DNA of 35,933 nt from Chloroflexota bacterium (GTDB taxonomy: Bacteria; Chloroflexota; Dormibacteria; Dormibacterales; Dormibacteraceae): the NCBI GenBank assembly GCA_005879675.1, contig VBJE01000214.1, forward strand, positions 1 to 35,933, in the 5' to 3' direction. Below, one piece after another: positions 34,651 to 35,933 of this stretch (position 1 is its first letter; every line of letters starts with the position of its first letter). The position numbers and the translations under genes are program-made. The notes beneath the pieces are model-generated. The model saw only the letters and a program-made list of their open reading frames with translations. It was not told where the DNA came from and made no database searches.

Positions 34651-35610
34651 TCAGGCAGCGCCGAGATGATGCAACGTCGGCAGCTCCGTGGCCAGGAGCT
34701 CGACCGTCTCCGGGTCCCACTGGGTGCCCGAGCCGGCGCGGAGCACCGCCAGGGCCTCCTCGGTCGACCGGCGCGTGCGGTAAGGACGGTCGTTGACCAG
34801 CGCGTCGAACGCGTCGCAGACGGACACGATCCGCGCGACGCGTGGAATCTCCCGCGCCTTCAGCCCGTCCGGGTAGCCCGACCCGTCGTAGCGCTCGTGG
34901 TGGTGACGGATGATCGGCAGCAGGCCCGACGTCGAATGCAGCGGACGGACGATGCTCTCACCGATCTCGACATGCGCCTGCATAAGCGGCAGCTCGATCG
35001 CGTTGAGCGGTCCGGGCTTGTGGAGGATCGAGTCCGAGACGCCGATCTTGCCGATGTCGTGGATGATCCCGCCCCGGTACAGGGTGTCGAGCGTCGGCTC
35101 CGAGAGCCCGAGCTTCTGACCGAGCAGGCGCGCCGACTCGCCGACACGGTGCGTGTGGCGCTCGGTGAAGGAGTCCTTGGCTTCGACCGCGGTGGCGAGC
35201 GAGAAGATCACATGCTCGGCGCTGTCGAGGGTGTTGTAGAGCTCTTTCAGCCGCAGGGCCGAGCGGACCCGCGCGATCAGCTCCGCACCCTCGACCGGCT
35301 TGGCCATGAAGTCGTCGGCGCCGGCTTCGAGCGCCATCACCCGGTGCGTCGTCTGGCTGAGGCCGGTGATCATCACCACCGGCAGCAGGCGTCCGCGCGG
35401 CATCGCCTTGATCCGGCGGCACACCTCGTAGCCGTCCATGCGCGGCATGCGGACATCGAGCAGGACGAGGTCGGGCGCCTGGGCCTCGATCATCTCCAGG
35501 GCGGTGACACCGTCCCCCGCTTGCTGCACGTCGACGTCGATCGTGGAGAGGTAGATGCGGATCATCTCGCGGTTCGGCGCGCTGTCGTCCACGACCAGGA
35601 CTACCGGCAT
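34651..35610 (-). CDS. response regulator with HD-GYP phosphodiesterase output domain
   Basis: ORF 34651..35634 trimmed to ATG 35610, preceded by GGGGAG. Receiver domain (VLVVDD, LVLLDVRMPRMDG, DDFMAKP) plus HD-GYP motifs (IIHDIGKIGV, HHERYDGSGYPDG). Confidence 0.85.
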   Translation of the reverse strand: MPVVLVVDDSAPNREMIRIYLSTIDVDVQQAGDGVTALEMIEAQAPDLVLLDVRMPRMDGYEVCRRIKAMPRGRLLPVVMITGLSQTTHRVMALEAGADDFMAKPVEGAELIARVRSALRLKELYNTLDSAEHVIFSLATAVEAKDSFTERHTHRVGESARLLGQKLGLSEPTLDTLYRGGIIHDIGKIGVSDSILHKPGPLNAIELPLMQAHVEIGESIVRPLHSTSGLLPIIRHHHERYDGSGYPDGLKAREIPRVARIVSVCDAFDALVNDRPYRTRRSTEEALAVLRAGSGTQWDPETVELLATELPTLHHLGAA

Positions 35611-35726
35611 CAGATCAACTCCCCCTCGAGCCACCGATTGGGCTGGGCCACCTGGCCCCTATTGTTAGCTCAGGAGGGTGGCGACTCGCAAGTAGAAACG
35701 CCTGGCGATCGCCCGCCAACCGCTCG

Positions 35727-35933
35727 TCAGGCGATCGCTGTGCGCGCGTCCTGGACAGGTGTTCCGCGCATTCCCAGGGCTGCCAGCGCGCGTCGGAGGT
35801 GCCGGTTCGCCGCCACCAGGTCGCCCCGGGCCTCCAGGAGGTCGGCGTAGAGGGCGTGGCCGCGGGCCAGCCAGTCGGTGGCGTCCGCCGACTCGAACTT
35901 CCCGAGCGCTGCCGCGAACTGCGCATCGGTGGC
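35727..35933 (-). CDS. C-terminal 68 aa of an unidentified protein (gene enters from the right edge)
   Basis: Not in the track because no start lies in the window. Hand translation gives ATDAQFAAALGKFESADATDWLARGHALYADLLEARGDLVAANRHLRRALAALGMRGTPVQDARTAIA*, with G/C-rich third positions. It looks helical/TPR-like. The tracked 35615..35926 ORF is a different, shadow frame. Confidence 0.35.
   Translation of the reverse strand, partial: ATDAQFAAALGKFESADATDWLARGHALYADLLEARGDLVAANRHLRRALAALGMRGTPVQDARTAIA

Noticed and set aside
33105-34669. 413-aa minus-strand and 350-aa plus-strand ORFs inside ppc
   Set aside because: These are shadow frames of the PEP carboxylase gene, which carries all of its signature motifs in its own frame.
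35615-35926. 103-aa minus-strand ORF at the right edge
   Set aside because: It is Arg/Ser/Pro/Trp-rich shadow sequence. A different minus frame, open to the window edge and stopping at 35727, has a far better codon signature and a plausible sequence.

Overview
This is a very GC-rich, densely coding chromosomal segment, and it looks terrabacterial. F420/LLM enzymes, holin-X/DUF3618 stress genes, an LCP protein and leader-poor divergent genes suggest an Actinomycetota/Chloroflexota-like lineage, but I cannot place it more precisely. I support about 44 protein-coding genes. I see no rRNA, tRNA, CRISPR array, transposase, integrase or phage module. Most long ORFs in the track are Arg/Ala/Pro/Gly-rich antisense shadows of the real genes.

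The content is mainly housekeeping, envelope and stress functions:
- Transport and metabolism: MFS transporter, ornithine cyclodeaminase-like protein, metallophosphoesterase, clan GH-A glycosidase, acyl-ACP-desaturase-like diiron protein, proline dehydrogenase, F420-type LLM oxidoreductase, NRAMP, PAP2, citramalate synthase and PEP carboxylase.
- Envelope: LCP protein, TolB-like propeller, patatin-like lipase.
- Stress cluster: DUF6582, a small 2-TM protein, YihY, DUF3618, holin-X, plus a CBS-pair protein nearby.
- Signalling: an OmpR/HK two-component operon fused to two unknown membrane proteins and DUF72, and an HD-GYP response regulator.

The most system-like and least understood block is 24.5-29.5 kb. 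It holds a circularly permuted ATP-grasp, an alpha-E protein and a transglutaminase-like operon, plus a divergent pair of extra transglutaminase paralogues. One of those paralogues appears to lack the catalytic His and a canonical start codon.

Other points worth follow-up:
- A terminator/antiterminator leader with an Ile-rich mini-ORF in front of citramalate synthase.
- A 33-nt palindromic REP-like element present at two convergent intergenic sites, 32/33 identical and in opposite orientation.
- A frameshifted DUF3052-like gene next to a phosphoesterase whose expected ATG reads ACG.
- A 55-aa protein with exact classical C2H2 zinc-finger spacing.
- A minus-oriented intrinsic terminator with no minus-strand gene to terminate.

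All family assignments come from motif recognition by eye. None has been confirmed by a search.
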